The notes beneath the pieces were generated by a model that did no database searches, was not told where the DNA came from, and saw only the letters and a list, made by a program, of their open reading frames with translations. 64,000 nt of DNA from NCBI GenBank assembly GCA_022770665.1, contig JALEHL010000005.1, positions 13,028-77,027 of the forward strand, read 5' to 3'. Numbering within the stretch: the stretch's first letter is position 1; each line of letters begins with the position of its first letter. Of this stretch, positions 34,345 through 45,063 are shown piece after piece. Source of the stretch: Bacillota bacterium (GTDB lineage Bacteria > Bacillota > Clostridia > Peptostreptococcales > Anaerovoracaceae). Made by a program: the position numbers and the translations under genes.

Positions 34345-36750
34345 TTACTCCTTGAGTTTCACGATGGTGACACCCTCACCACCTTCATTATACGCGCCCT
34401 TCCGGAACGAGGCCACATGCCGGTTCCGCTTCAGCTGGCTCCGGATTCCGTCTTTCAGAATTCCCTCTCCGCGGCCGTGAATAATCGTCACTTCCTTCAG
34501 GCCTGCCATATAGGCATCATCCAGATATTTATCCACATGGAAGCAGGCATCCTCCAGATTCTGTCCCTGCACATTGCAGGTGATGGAAATGGACATGGCT
34601 TTCTGCTTGTACATGCTTCCGTATCCGGCTGCCCTTCCGCCGGACTTGCCGGCCGGGTTCTTCTTCTTCCGGGTTCCGTCATTGATCAGCACCAGATCCT
34701 TCAGATTGGCACCGATTTTCATAATGCCCACCTGCACCATCAGGTCGCCTTTCTCATCGGGCAGCGTCAGAATCTCTCCGTTCTGATCCAGCGTCAGCAG
34801 CTTCACCCGGTCTCCCACCTTCAGATCTGCCGCCGCAACCGGGTTCGCGTTATTCACTTCCCGGATCGTGCGGCGCTGCGCATACTCATTGTCCTTTTCG
34901 CGGATCTTTTTCCGGCTCTTCTCAAACCGGCGGGTTCGTTCTCCCAGGCTGTCCAGTTTCGCTAGCTCTTTCAGCTCCTTCTGCACCTCTGCCGCGGTTT
35001 CTTTCGCATCCTTCATGAGAAGCCGGGCTTCTTCCCGGGCTTTTTCCAGGATCTCTCTCTTCTGCTTCTCCAGTGCTTCCTGCTGCCGCTTCAGCTCATT
35101 TCGCATCTGCTCGGCATCTGCGCGGAGTACAGCCGCTTCGTCCCGCTCTGCCTCCGCCTGTTTCCGGTCGGCTTCAATGGCGGAAATCACATCTTCAAAT
35201 TCGATGTCCCCCCGCTCGATCAGTGCCGCCGCCCGATCGATGATCTCCGCCGGCAGTCCCAGCTTCCGGGAGATCTCGAAAGCATTGGACTTTCCCGGAA
35301 TGCCGATGGACAGTCTGTATGTCGGACTCAGGGTCTCCACATCAAATTCCATGGATGCATTCTCCACGCCTTCTGTGGACAGCGCATACTTTTTCAGTTC
35401 GTTATAATGGGTCGTGGCGATGGTTGTCGCGCCCTGACGCCGGAGCCGCTCGAGAACGGCAATCGCCAGCGCCGCACCTTCTGTCGGATCGGTTCCTGCT
35501 CCCAGCTCATCCAGAAGCACCAGGGTATCCGGTCCTGTCTCCTTCACCACCTCCACGATGTTTTTCATGTGGGAAGAAAACGTGGACAGGCTCTGCTCGA
35601 TGCTCTGCTCATCGCCGATATCAGCGAAAATATGCCGGAAGACCGGAAGCTGGCTGGTGGACAGTGCCGGAATATGCAGGCCGCTCTGGGCCATCATTGC
35701 CAGCAGCCCGACAGTCTTCAGCGTCACTGTCTTGCCGCCGGTGTTGGGTCCGGTCACCACCAGAGTCCGGTATCCGCTGCTTCCCCCGGCTGTCACATGG
35801 ATCGGCACTACTTTTTTCGGGTCGATCAGCGGATGCCGGGCCTGTTTCAGATCGATCAGACCGCTTTCATTGATTGCAGGCTCTTCTCCGCGCATCAGAA
35901 CGGACAGTTTCCCCTTGGCAAAGATCACATCCATCTGGATCAGCAGTTTCTGATTATTCATCAGATCATGGAAATGCTCAGCCACACTGGAGGAAAGCTC
36001 TGCCAGGATCCGCTCGATTTCCGCCTTTTCTGCAAGTTCCAGCTCCCGCAGCTCGTTATTCAGATTGACGATGACCTGCGGCTCGATGAAAATGGTCGCG
36101 CCGGTGGATGACTGGTCATGGACGATGCCTGGAATTCTGCTCCGGTGCTCTGCCTTAACCGGCACCACATAGCGTCCGTCCCGCATGGTCACAATGGCAT
36201 CCTGCAGATACGTCTTGTTATCGGTGGATGTGATGATCTGTGCCAGACGGCTGCGGATCGCTTCATTCTGCCGGACCATGCTCCGGCGGATATCCCGCAG
36301 CTGCGGCGAGGCATTATCCGCCATTTCATCTTCTGACAGAATGCACCGGTCGATCTGATCAGCCAGCCCCGGAAAAGTCACCAGCACTTCTGCCATGGCC
36401 TGAAGAATGGGAAGTTCCGGCAGATCACTGCGAAACCAGGAGGAGACATTCGCAGCCACCCGGATATTATACAGCACCTGCAGAAGCTGCTTCATCGTCA
36501 GGCTTCCGCCTTTCCGGCAGAACTGAAGCGCCGGTTCGATTTCATAGATTTCTCCCAGCGGCGCGGCGCCTTTATGGACAATCGCATTCACCGCTTCGCT
36601 GGTTTCCGCCAGTCCTTCACGGATCTGGCGGATATCTGTAACGGGCCGCAGTGCGCCGGCGATCTCTTTCGCCATCGCGCTGCCGGCCTGCTGTCGGAGC
36701 AGATCGATGATCCGGTCATACTCCAGTACCCTTTGTGTCTTCTTGTTCAT
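34345..36750 (-). CDS. mutS2: Endonuclease MutS2
   Basis: About 801 aa. ...TGPNTGGKTVTLKTVGL... Walker A, coiled-coil linker, C-terminal Smr domain (...IIHGRGEGILK...). Start MNKKTQRVLEYD overlaps the zapA 3' end by about 35 nt. Confidence 0.93.
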   Translation of the reverse strand: MNKKTQRVLEYDRIIDLLRQQAGSAMAKEIAGALRPVTDIRQIREGLAETSEAVNAIVHKGAAPLGEIYEIEPALQFCRKGGSLTMKQLLQVLYNIRVAANVSSWFRSDLPELPILQAMAEVLVTFPGLADQIDRCILSEDEMADNASPQLRDIRRSMVRQNEAIRSRLAQIITSTDNKTYLQDAIVTMRDGRYVVPVKAEHRSRIPGIVHDQSSTGATIFIEPQVIVNLNNELRELELAEKAEIERILAELSSSVAEHFHDLMNNQKLLIQMDVIFAKGKLSVLMRGEEPAINESGLIDLKQARHPLIDPKKVVPIHVTAGGSSGYRTLVVTGPNTGGKTVTLKTVGLLAMMAQSGLHIPALSTSQLPVFRHIFADIGDEQSIEQSLSTFSSHMKNIVEVVKETGPDTLVLLDELGAGTDPTEGAALAIAVLERLRRQGATTIATTHYNELKKYALSTEGVENASMEFDVETLSPTYRLSIGIPGKSNAFEISRKLGLPAEIIDRAAALIERGDIEFEDVISAIEADRKQAEAERDEAAVLRADAEQMRNELKRQQEALEKQKREILEKAREEARLLMKDAKETAAEVQKELKELAKLDSLGERTRRFEKSRKKIREKDNEYAQRRTIREVNNANPVAAADLKVGDRVKLLTLDQNGEILTLPDEKGDLMVQVGIMKIGANLKDLVLINDGTRKKKNPAGKSGGRAAGYGSMYKQKAMSISITCNVQGQNLEDACFHVDKYLDDAYMAGLKEVTIIHGRGEGILKDGIRSQLKRNRHVASFRKGAYNEGGEGVTIVKLKE

Positions 36751-37219
36751 TTGATCTCCTGTATTTATCCAGTTCACTTTTCAGTCTGATATTTTCCATC
36801 TGGAGGTCAAAGAAGGAATTTTCAAATTCGCTGCATTTTTCCTGCAGCTGACGGTAGCGTTCTTCCGTCTCTTTTTTCTCTTCGCTGGTTCTGGCCGCGC
36901 TTTCCTTATACTGAAGGAAGCTCTTTTTCGCCTCATCCCACATTTTCAGATAATGCTGGGCGTCTTTTTCCAGCTGCTCCTTCGCGGCAGTGAGCTCTTC
37001 GATCTCTTCCTTCGCACGGAAATATTCATCTGCGATATTGACAGAAGCAAGCACTGCCAGGGAACCCTGGGCATTGGTGGCAAAATTCCGCCCCACTTCC
37101 CGCATTTTCTCATCCACATAGCCGGCAATCCGCCGGATCGTCTCCTCATCCCGGTCGCCGGCTATGGTGTAGTCCTGCCCGTAGATCCGGACTTTTACTC
37201 TGGTCTCTGCTTCATCCAT
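36716..37219 (-). CDS. zapA: Cell division protein ZapA with coiled-coil tail
   Basis: ...VKVRIYGQDYTIAGDRDEETIRRIAGYVDEKMREV...LAVLASVNIADEY... Confidence 0.85.
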   Translation of the reverse strand: MDEAETRVKVRIYGQDYTIAGDRDEETIRRIAGYVDEKMREVGRNFATNAQGSLAVLASVNIADEYFRAKEEIEELTAAKEQLEKDAQHYLKMWDEAKKSFLQYKESAARTSEEKKETEERYRQLQEKCSEFENSFFDLQMENIRLKSELDKYRRSNEQEDTKGTGV

Positions 37220-37231
37220 GTTCTTCTTCTC

Positions 37232-39694
37232 CTACATGTCGCGCAGTACTGCGTCCAGTTTGTCTTTCAGCGCATCCAGAACTCTGCTGTGGGCTGCAGC
37301 CACATCCTCATCGGTCAGCGTCCGGTCATTATGGCGGTAAGTCAGGTTGAAGGCCACGCTCTTCTTTCCTTCTTCTACCTGTTTTCCTCTATATATATCA
37401 AACAGTTTAATGTTTTTCAGAATTTCTGTTCCGGCTTCCCGGATCACGTCTTCGATCTCTCCGACCGTGACATCTTCATCGACCAGCAGTGCGATATCTC
37501 TGGTGGTCGACGGATACTTCGGCAACGGCGCGTAGACTTTTTCCAGATCCGCCAGCTCCGTTACCGTGTTGAACATGAGCTCTGCGGCATAGCAGCGGGT
37601 GCCGATGCCGTATTTCTCTGCAACCTGCGGGTGCACTTCACCCAGGATGCCCAGTTCCACTTCTTCCACTGCCGGACCGCTCTCCAGCTGGATCTCATGA
37701 CGTGCCACAACCCGTGCGCACCGGCCCGGATGATAGACGCCGTACTCACTTTCGGCGATGAACTCCAGATCGCGGATTCCCAGCTTGTACAGCAAGGATT
37801 CCACCATGCCCTTCAGGTAGAAGAAGTCCGCACCGCCGCCGTACACGCCGATGCACAGGTTGTCCTGTTCCTCCGGAAGTCCGTCCGGATCCAGCAGATT
37901 CGTCGTGAAGGTGTTTCCGATCTCAAAGGCCCGCACCGACTCGATATTTCTGGAATAATTTCTTCCCAGGACTTCCATCATGCCCGGCGTCAGGATCGTG
38001 CGCATCACGGACGTATCTTCGCCCAGCGGATTGAGGATCTTCACGAAGGCTCTCTCCCAGGAGTCTTCATCGATCCGCACATTGTCCACTCCCTTCGGGC
38101 TGACAAAGGAATAAGTCTGAATCTCTGTCGCGCCCAGGCCGCAGAGGGTATCTCTGGCCAGATCCTTCAGACTTCTTTCATACGTCTGTCCGGACTCATT
38201 ATTTCCTCGCGGAATGGTCACCGGGATTCGGTCGTAGCCGTAAAGCCGGGCCACCTCTTCTGCCAGGTCCTCTTCAATCTGAATATCCTGCCGCACCGTC
38301 GGCGCAGTGACATACATGTCGTCTCCCTCGCCGGTCACGGTCATTTCCAGGCTTTCAAAATAGTTTACCATCTCTTCCCGGGAAATATCCAGTCCCAGAA
38401 TCTTATTGATCCGGCTGACCCGTCCATGAACCGGCACGGCTTTCTCCACCTGCGGATAAATATCCACACTTCCGCCGACGACAGTTCCTGCACCGATCAT
38501 CTCGATCAGTGCGCAGACACGGTCTGCTGCCGCTTCACAGAGATTCGGGTCGATGCCCTTTTCATAGCGGCCGGAGGCCTCGGTTCTCAGCTTCAGCTTC
38601 GAGGAAGTGGAGCGGACACTGGACCCCAGGAAGTTGGCGGATTCCACGACGATCGTTTTCGTGTCGGCTTCGATCTCCGAATTGAGACCGCCCATGACAC
38701 CGGCAACCGCGACGGATTTTTCGCCGTCTTTGATCATCAGCATGTCGGAAGTCAGAGTTCGCTCGGTTCCGTCCAGCGTCGTGAACACTTCTCCGTCTTC
38801 GGCGGTATCCACGATAATCTTATGTCCGGCGATGCTGTTGATGTCAAACGCATGGAGCGGCTGGCCGTATTCCAGCATCACGAAATTGGTAATATCCACG
38901 ATATTATTGATCGGGCGCATTCCTGCATGGATCAGCCGTCTCTGCAGCCACCACGGGGAATCACAGATCTTCACGTCCTTTACAATTCTGGCAGTATACC
39001 GCTTGCAGAGCGGAGACTTCACCTCCACGCTGATATAATCAGATGCATCTCCTTCTGTATGCTCACAGCCGGTCTTCGGATAACGGAGCTGTGTTCCGAA
39101 GGTGGCAGCCGCTTCTCTGGCCATGCCGATCATAGACAGGCAGTCCGGACGGTTCGGCGTGATCTCGAAATCAATGATGGTATCCTTCAGCTGCAGCGCC
39201 TCCGCAAAATCCGCCCCCACGGGGTATTCTCCGTCCAGAATCCAGATGCCGTCCCTCTGGTTGACCGGCACGACTTTATCTTCGAATCCCAGCTCGCCGA
39301 AAGAGCAGAGCATGCCGTTGGAAACAACGCCCCGGAGTTTTCCTTTCGTGATCTTCACGCCACCTTCCTGCTTCGGCTGGCCGTGAAGCGGTCCCGGAAT
39401 CCGGCTGTTATGGAGTGCGACCGGAACATAGGCTCCTTCGAACACATTCGGTGCACCGGTGACGATCTGAAGCAGCTCTTCCTGTCCTACATCCAGCTGG
39501 CAGACGACCAGCTTGTCGGCATCCGGATGCTTTTCGATCCTGACGATTCTGCCGACAACGACCTTCTCCATATCACCGCCGACCTGCTCGCAGGTCTCCA
39601 GATTCGATCCGGAAAGGATCATGCCGTCGCAGAACTGCTGCGGATCCACCTGAATATCTGTATAATCTTTTAACCATTCTAATGAAACTATCAT
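37232..39694 (-). CDS. pheT: Phenylalanine--tRNA ligase beta subunit
   Basis: 820 aa starting MIVSLEWLKDYTDI..., with tRNA-binding, B3/4, B5 and FDX-ACB-like regions. Confidence 0.95.
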   Translation of the reverse strand: MIVSLEWLKDYTDIQVDPQQFCDGMILSGSNLETCEQVGGDMEKVVVGRIVRIEKHPDADKLVVCQLDVGQEELLQIVTGAPNVFEGAYVPVALHNSRIPGPLHGQPKQEGGVKITKGKLRGVVSNGMLCSFGELGFEDKVVPVNQRDGIWILDGEYPVGADFAEALQLKDTIIDFEITPNRPDCLSMIGMAREAAATFGTQLRYPKTGCEHTEGDASDYISVEVKSPLCKRYTARIVKDVKICDSPWWLQRRLIHAGMRPINNIVDITNFVMLEYGQPLHAFDINSIAGHKIIVDTAEDGEVFTTLDGTERTLTSDMLMIKDGEKSVAVAGVMGGLNSEIEADTKTIVVESANFLGSSVRSTSSKLKLRTEASGRYEKGIDPNLCEAAADRVCALIEMIGAGTVVGGSVDIYPQVEKAVPVHGRVSRINKILGLDISREEMVNYFESLEMTVTGEGDDMYVTAPTVRQDIQIEEDLAEEVARLYGYDRIPVTIPRGNNESGQTYERSLKDLARDTLCGLGATEIQTYSFVSPKGVDNVRIDEDSWERAFVKILNPLGEDTSVMRTILTPGMMEVLGRNYSRNIESVRAFEIGNTFTTNLLDPDGLPEEQDNLCIGVYGGGADFFYLKGMVESLLYKLGIRDLEFIAESEYGVYHPGRCARVVARHEIQLESGPAVEEVELGILGEVHPQVAEKYGIGTRCYAAELMFNTVTELADLEKVYAPLPKYPSTTRDIALLVDEDVTVGEIEDVIREAGTEILKNIKLFDIYRGKQVEEGKKSVAFNLTYRHNDRTLTDEDVAAAHSRVLDALKDKLDAVLRDM

Positions 39695-39712
39695 ATCTCG
39701 CTGCCTCCCCTG

Positions 39713-40735
39713 TTATTTGAACTGATTGATGAACCGCATGTCATTTTCGTACATCAGACGGATGTCGTCAATGCCGTATTTCAGCATGGCCACACGCTCC
39801 ACACCGATACCGAACGCAAAGCCTGTGTACTTTTCCGTATCGATGCCGCCGACTTTCAGCACGTTCGGGTGCACCATGCCGCAGCCGAGGATCTCGATCC
39901 ATCCGCTGCCTTTGCAGACGCGGCAGCCTTTTCCTCCGCATTTGAAGCAGGAAACGTCCATTTCCGCAGATGGTTCCGTGAACGGGAAATGATGCGGACG
40001 GAACTTGGTTCTGGTTTCCGGTCCGAACATCTGCTTGGCGAACCGGTCCAGCGCGCCTTTCAGGTCGGCCATGGTAATGCCTTCATCCACCACCAGACCT
40101 TCCACCTGATGGAACATCGGGGAATGGGTGGCATCCGGAGTGTCACAGCGGAAGCAGCGTCCCGGAGCGAACACGCGGATCGGCGGCTTCTGGGTCTGCA
40201 GGGTTCTGACCTGCACGCAGGAAGTCTGTGTCCGCAGCAGCACATCATCAGAGATGTAGAAGGTATCGGTCCAGTCTCTGGCCGGATGATCCGGACCGGC
40301 ATTCAGCGCATCGAAGTTATTGAACACCGTTTCCACTTCCGGTCCTTCTACCAGGGAGTATCCCATCGATTTAAACACTCTGGACATTTCTTCTATCGTA
40401 ATGGTGATCGGATGCTTGTTTCCCATTTCAAAGGATCTGCCCGGCTCCGTCACATCGATTTTTTCCGCAGCAAATTTCGCTTCCTGGGCTTTTTCCTTCA
40501 GATGTGCGAAGGTCTCCTCCAGACGCGCTTCGATTTCAGCGCGAACCTGGTTGGCCGCCTGCCCCAGTTCTTTTCTTTCTTCCGGCGACAGTTTTCCCAT
40601 GCCGCGGAGGATCTCCGTCAGCTGGCCTTTCTTTCCCAGTACCTTTACTCTGACCTCTTCCGCGTCCTGCAGAGAAGCCGCATTCTTCAGCTGTTCCTTG
40701 GATTCTTCCAGAATCTGTCTAAGTCTTTCTTGCAT
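39713..40735 (-). CDS. pheS: Phenylalanine--tRNA ligase alpha subunit
   Basis: 340 aa. ...GHPARDWTDTFY... and ...FRPHHFPFTEPSAEMD... class II motifs. Confidence 0.95.
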   Translation of the reverse strand: MQERLRQILEESKEQLKNAASLQDAEEVRVKVLGKKGQLTEILRGMGKLSPEERKELGQAANQVRAEIEARLEETFAHLKEKAQEAKFAAEKIDVTEPGRSFEMGNKHPITITIEEMSRVFKSMGYSLVEGPEVETVFNNFDALNAGPDHPARDWTDTFYISDDVLLRTQTSCVQVRTLQTQKPPIRVFAPGRCFRCDTPDATHSPMFHQVEGLVVDEGITMADLKGALDRFAKQMFGPETRTKFRPHHFPFTEPSAEMDVSCFKCGGKGCRVCKGSGWIEILGCGMVHPNVLKVGGIDTEKYTGFAFGIGVERVAMLKYGIDDIRLMYENDMRFINQFK

Positions 40736-40758
40736 TTTTCTTTTAACCTCTCGTCATG

Positions 40759-41568
40759 TTAGTGATTTCCTGATGTATGACACATTTCCCCCTGCCGGGC
40801 TCTCTGCCGTACGGTCTCATACATGAGCACCGCTGCAGCCACCGCCGCATTCAGCGACTCGATGCTGCCCGCCATCGGGATTTTGATCTTGATATCCGCT
40901 CTTCCGATCAGTTCCGGTGAGATGCCGTTTCCTTCATTTCCTATGATCAGCGCCACATTCTCCCGGAGATCTTCCTCATAATAATACCTGTCCGTGTCGA
41001 AACAGGTGGCTGCCAGTTTAACGCCTGCTGCCCTTACGAATGTTACCAGCTCATCGTAATCATTCATAAAAACAACCGGCACCCTAAACAGTGAGCCTGC
41101 CGCAGCCCGGACCACTTTCGGCGAAAAGACATCCGCAGTTCCTTTCATGACGGCCACCAGGCCGTAGCCTGCAGCATCTGCAGTCCGGATAATGGTTCCT
41201 ATATTTCCCGGATCCTGCAGCCTGTCCAGAACAACAAAATTTCCCGCAGCGCCCTGCTCCAGCAGTGCTTTCCGGGAAACTTCCGGTTTTTTCACAATGG
41301 CCAGACTCCCCTGACTGGTATCGGTCAGAGACAGCTTCCGGAACAGTCCGTCTCCGAGGATATAGGTCCTGTCCTCCAGTCCCGGCGGAATTTTCCTGCA
41401 GTCCCTGCGTATCAGCACCGTTTCCACAGCTGCTCCCTCCTGGACGGCTTCCTCCAGCAGGTTTTCTCCCTCGATCAGGTAAAGACCCAGCCGGTCCCGG
41501 TACTTTCTGGCGGCAAGCTGCTCACACAGTTTCACTATTTTATTGTCTTTCGAAGTGATCTCACGCAT
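40759..41568 (-). CDS. TrmH/SpoU-family RNA 2'-O-methyltransferase
   Basis: 269 aa. ...LDRLQDPGNIGTIIRTADAAG... and ...GNEGNGISPEL...IPMAGSIESLNAAVAAAV... Confidence 0.85.
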   Translation of the reverse strand: MREITSKDNKIVKLCEQLAARKYRDRLGLYLIEGENLLEEAVQEGAAVETVLIRRDCRKIPPGLEDRTYILGDGLFRKLSLTDTSQGSLAIVKKPEVSRKALLEQGAAGNFVVLDRLQDPGNIGTIIRTADAAGYGLVAVMKGTADVFSPKVVRAAAGSLFRVPVVFMNDYDELVTFVRAAGVKLAATCFDTDRYYYEEDLRENVALIIGNEGNGISPELIGRADIKIKIPMAGSIESLNAAVAAAVLMYETVRQRARQGEMCHTSGNH

Positions 41569-41593
41569 GAAAATGCCGCCGCCTTTCTTTAAC

Positions 41594-41616
41594 CGAAAAG
41601 CCGGCTCATCACCGGC
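41594..41616 (-). terminator. Short hairpin plus T-run after ftsZ
   Basis: Minus strand GCCGGTGATGAGCCGGCTTTTCGG. Confidence 0.4.
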
Positions 41617-41628
41617 TCATTCAGCTGT

Positions 41629-42789
41629 TTACTTTAAAAACTTCGGAATTTCAAATCTGGAAGGAGTCTGGTCCTCTTCTTCCAAGATATCCGGCAGGTT
41701 GACCTCTCTGCCCTGCACGCCGTCAATTCTTCCGAACACATCGTCATTTCCGGAAGACTTCGGTGCAGCCGGCTCCGGCTTCTTTTCCCCGCCTTCCGCG
41801 CCGCCTTCCTGTCCGCTGATCGCCCGGTTCTCCAGACCTTCGTCGAATCCGGTGGCGATTACCGTGATGGAAATTTCATCTTCCATTTCTTCGTTTACCG
41901 CAGCGCCGAAGATCAGGATGCAGTCGCGGTCAGCCTGCTCTTCCACCATGCTGGCGATTTCGCTGACTTCCAGCATGCCCAGATCGTAGCCGCCTGCCAC
42001 ATAGAGCAGGATCGCCTTGGCGCCTTCGATGGTGGTCTCCAGCAGTGGGCTTTCGATGGCTTCCTTGACCGCATGTTTCGCCCGGTCGTCTCCGGAGGCA
42101 TGTCCCACACCCATATGCGCCACACCCCGATCGGTCATGACAGACTTCACATCGGCGAAATCCACATTGATCAGCGCGAAATCGGAGATCAGATCCGAAA
42201 TACCCTGTACGCCCTGCCGCAGCACATCGTCTGCCATCTGGAACGCCTGCACCATGGTCGTATTCTTCTCGCAGTTCTGCAGCAGCTTGTCGTTCGGCAC
42301 GATGACCAGAGAGTCCACATATTTTTTCAGAAAGCTGATGCCCAGCTCCGCCTGTCTTCTTCTCTTGGCGCCTTCAAAAGTAAACGGCTTGGTGACGACA
42401 CCCACCGTGAGGATGCCCATATCCTTGGCCGCCTTGGCGATGATCGGCGCAGCGCCGGTTCCTGTGCCGCCGCCCATTCCGGCTGTCAGGAACACCATGT
42501 CGGCACCTTCCAGCAGCGCTGTGATCTCATCCAGAGTCTCTTCAGCGGCTTTCTGCCCGATCTCCGGATTGGCGCCCGCACCCAGTCCGCGGGTCAGCTT
42601 TTCTCCGATCTGAATCTTCGTCTCGGAGAGGCAGCGGTTCAGAGCCTGGCGGTCTGTATTCACTGCGATGAACTCCACGCCCTTCAGATCGGCTTCCACC
42701 ATGCGGTTCACTGCGTTGCAGCCGCCGCCGCCCACGCCGATGACCTTGATGACTGCGGATTTATCTAAATTTGTCTCAAATTGTAACAT
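41629..42789 (-). CDS. ftsZ: Cell division GTPase FtsZ
   Basis: [30 protein letters not shown]...[10 protein letters not shown]. Start set to MLQFE with a GAGGAGG RBS. The ORF-track extension is leader sequence. Confidence 0.95.
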   Translation of the reverse strand: MLQFETNLDKSAVIKVIGVGGGGCNAVNRMVEADLKGVEFIAVNTDRQALNRCLSETKIQIGEKLTRGLGAGANPEIGQKAAEETLDEITALLEGADMVFLTAGMGGGTGTGAAPIIAKAAKDMGILTVGVVTKPFTFEGAKRRRQAELGISFLKKYVDSLVIVPNDKLLQNCEKNTTMVQAFQMADDVLRQGVQGISDLISDFALINVDFADVKSVMTDRGVAHMGVGHASGDDRAKHAVKEAIESPLLETTIEGAKAILLYVAGGYDLGMLEVSEIASMVEEQADRDCILIFGAAVNEEMEDEISITVIATGFDEGLENRAISGQEGGAEGGEKKPEPAAPKSSGNDDVFGRIDGVQGREVNLPDILEEEDQTPSRFEIPKFLK

Positions 42790-42850
42790 ACTGATCTTAT
42801 CCTCCTCGGTATATCCCCTGTATGGCCGTGAAATGGCCTGTAATAGAAAT

Positions 42851-42859
42851 ATTGTACCA
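42851..42859 (-). promoter_or_regulatory. Extended -10 element upstream of ftsZ
   Basis: Minus strand TGGTACAAT (TGnTAnAAT), about 60 nt upstream of the ftsZ start. Confidence 0.45.
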
Positions 42860-42933
42860 TATATCCGCAGGAAATGCATCTTTTTTCGCTTAAAAAATGA
42901 TGCTAATTTCCCGTTTTTTCACTGGCGCTCCGC

Positions 42934-43692
42934 CTAATCGATCTTCGGTGTGAAAGAGATGTAGTTTCCGCCGCTGACCTGGATCGTTCCCCGTTCGATC
43001 TCCCGGTCATACAGTTCCTGGATCACAACCTGCAGCTTGCCGGAATCGATGGCCTCCAGCAGGTTCTCCGGAGTGCCCTGACAGATCAGACTGTCATAGA
43101 CATAAGCCCGGATCTGGACTTTCGAAAGTTCCACCTTTTTAAAGAACATGTCCCCTTTTTCCATCGATGCCAGCATCTGCAGCGTCTGCCGCAGCAGGAC
43201 CTTCTCTTCCGCCTCGACCGGCTCTCCGACCGTCAGACGGCTGATCGTCAGGCCGCGGATGATGGTGATCTTCGGTTCCACACTGGTCTTCCGCAGCACG
43301 ACGCCCTCGCTGTCGATGACCACATAGTTGTCCCCGTACACGATCGCTGCCGTCTGCTTCCGCTCTTTGATCTCAATCCGGATCGTATCCGGCAGCTGCC
43401 GGTGCACCGTCACTTCCTCCATATATGCATCTCTGGAAAGCCGCTGCCGGATGTCTGACAGCCCGGCCTTCCAGAAAATATTTCCGCCTGTTTTACAGTT
43501 CCCCATGACCAGGATCTCCTCGTCAGAATAATAGCTGTTTCCCTCCACCTCATAGTTCGTGATCTGAAACATCGGGGAAGACAGAAACGCCAGAGACGCC
43601 CCTGCGATCAGAAGAACTGCCGCCAGCTTCAGCAGCGGGCTTTTCCGTTTCCTTCGTTTTTCTCTCATCGTGTTTTTCGATATTTCCTCCAA
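42934..43692 (-). CDS. ftsQ: Cell division protein FtsQ/DivIB (POTRA)
   Basis: Basic N-terminus, TM segment LLKLAAVLLIAGASLAFLSSPMF, then ...ITNYEVEGNSYYSDEEI... POTRA start. An alternative start at 43668 is possible. Confidence 0.8.
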   Translation of the reverse strand: MEEISKNTMREKRRKRKSPLLKLAAVLLIAGASLAFLSSPMFQITNYEVEGNSYYSDEEILVMGNCKTGGNIFWKAGLSDIRQRLSRDAYMEEVTVHRQLPDTIRIEIKERKQTAAIVYGDNYVVIDSEGVVLRKTSVEPKITIIRGLTISRLTVGEPVEAEEKVLLRQTLQMLASMEKGDMFFKKVELSKVQIRAYVYDSLICQGTPENLLEAIDSGKLQVVIQELYDREIERGTIQVSGGNYISFTPKID

Positions 43693-44929
43693 GCTCCCGC
43701 AGACCCTGCTCCAGTGTCTCGTAGCCTCTTTCTATATGCTCGATTCCTGTCACCGCAGTGGTTCCCTCCGCCATCAGACCTGCCAGAACCAGTGCGGCAC
43801 CTCCCCGCAGATCCTGCGCGCATACTTCCGCACCAAGCAGAGAGGTGATCCCTTTTATTATAGCATTTTTCCCGGACGTTTCAATATTTGCGCCCATTTT
43901 CGCCAGTTCTTTTTTATGGGAAAACCGGCTTTCGAAAATTTCTTCCCGGATCCGGGTTCTTCCTTCCGCGCAGGCTGCCAGCGTGAGAAGCTGCGGCTGG
44001 CAGTCTGTAGGAAACCCCGGATACGGCGCGGTAACGACACACCCGGGACTCTGCAGCCGCCGCGGCGCTTCCAGGGCGATCCGGTCCTCAAAACTGCGGA
44101 TCCTGCATCCCATCTGTTCGAGAACTTCCAGAACGGAAGTCAGATAGATGCTGCGGATCCCAGACAGGACACCCTTTCCTCCGGTGCCGGCCAGGGCCAT
44201 CAGATAGGTGGCCGCTTCAATCCGGTCCTCCATGATAAAGTACATGGTGTCCCTGCCGGTGCTGCAGTCTGACCTGCCTGCCCCTTCCACGAGAATGGTC
44301 CTGCCTCCCGCGCCGGCCACGCTGTATCCGAGGGTCCGCAGGAAGCCCTGCAGATCCGCGATCTCCGGCTCCATCGCGCAGTTTTCCAGCACCGTCAGAC
44401 TGTCTCCGGACAGTGCTGCCATCATCAGATTCTCTGTCGCACCGACGCTGGGATACGGCAGCACATACCGGCCTCCCCGGCAGGTTCCGCGGCAGACGAT
44501 TTTTTCTTCCTCTTCCCTGACTTCAAAGCCCAGACAGCGCAGGCCATCAATATGTATGTCCACAGGACGCTTTCCGATCCGGCAACCTCCCGGACGCCAG
44601 ATTTCTGCCTCTCCGGTCCGCATCAGAAGACTTCCCATCAGAAAGACAGAAGACCGCATCTTCGCCATCAGCTCTCTGGGCACCTGCGCAGAGTCCAGCC
44701 GGCGGCTGTCCACCATCAGACGGTCTTCTTCCCACTGGCACCTGGCGCCCAGTACTTCCAGTATTTCCGTCATCCATCGTACATCGCCGATTCGCGGGCA
44801 TCCACAGATCTCATGGACCCCGCTCCGGCAGACCGAGGCCGCAAGCACCGGCAGCGCTGCATTTTTCGCGCCTTTCACCGAATATTCTCCCCGAAGCGGT
44901 ATCCCGCCCCGTATATGATACCATTCCAA
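43550..44929 (-). CDS. murA: UDP-N-acetylglucosamine 1-carboxyvinyltransferase with about 40-aa C-terminal extension
   Basis: MEWYHIRGGIPLRGEYSVKGAKNAALPVLAAS... The body ends near ...LRELGGNIEK, but the frame stays open for about 40 more codons, overlapping ftsQ. Confidence 0.88.
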   Translation of the reverse strand: MEWYHIRGGIPLRGEYSVKGAKNAALPVLAASVCRSGVHEICGCPRIGDVRWMTEILEVLGARCQWEEDRLMVDSRRLDSAQVPRELMAKMRSSVFLMGSLLMRTGEAEIWRPGGCRIGKRPVDIHIDGLRCLGFEVREEEEKIVCRGTCRGGRYVLPYPSVGATENLMMAALSGDSLTVLENCAMEPEIADLQGFLRTLGYSVAGAGGRTILVEGAGRSDCSTGRDTMYFIMEDRIEAATYLMALAGTGGKGVLSGIRSIYLTSVLEVLEQMGCRIRSFEDRIALEAPRRLQSPGCVVTAPYPGFPTDCQPQLLTLAACAEGRTRIREEIFESRFSHKKELAKMGANIETSGKNAIIKGITSLLGAEVCAQDLRGGAALVLAGLMAEGTTAVTGIEHIERGYETLEQGLRELGGNIEKHDERKTKETEKPAAEAGGSSSDRRGVSGVSVFPDVSDHEL

Positions 44930-45015
44930 TTCCGCCCACCTCCTGCTCTGCTTCCATAATATGCAGGCGGCCTTGTCCGGGTTCCGGCGCAGACCGGATC
45001 GCCGGTCGCCGGAAA

Positions 45016-45063
45016 GCTGGATCGCCGGAAAGTACAGAAGCTGGATCGCCGGAAAGTACAGAA
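45016..45063. repeat. 24-bp perfect tandem duplication in the murG-murA spacer
   Basis: GCTGGATCGCCGGAAAGTACAGAA x2, with a partial degenerate copy upstream. Confidence 0.85.
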
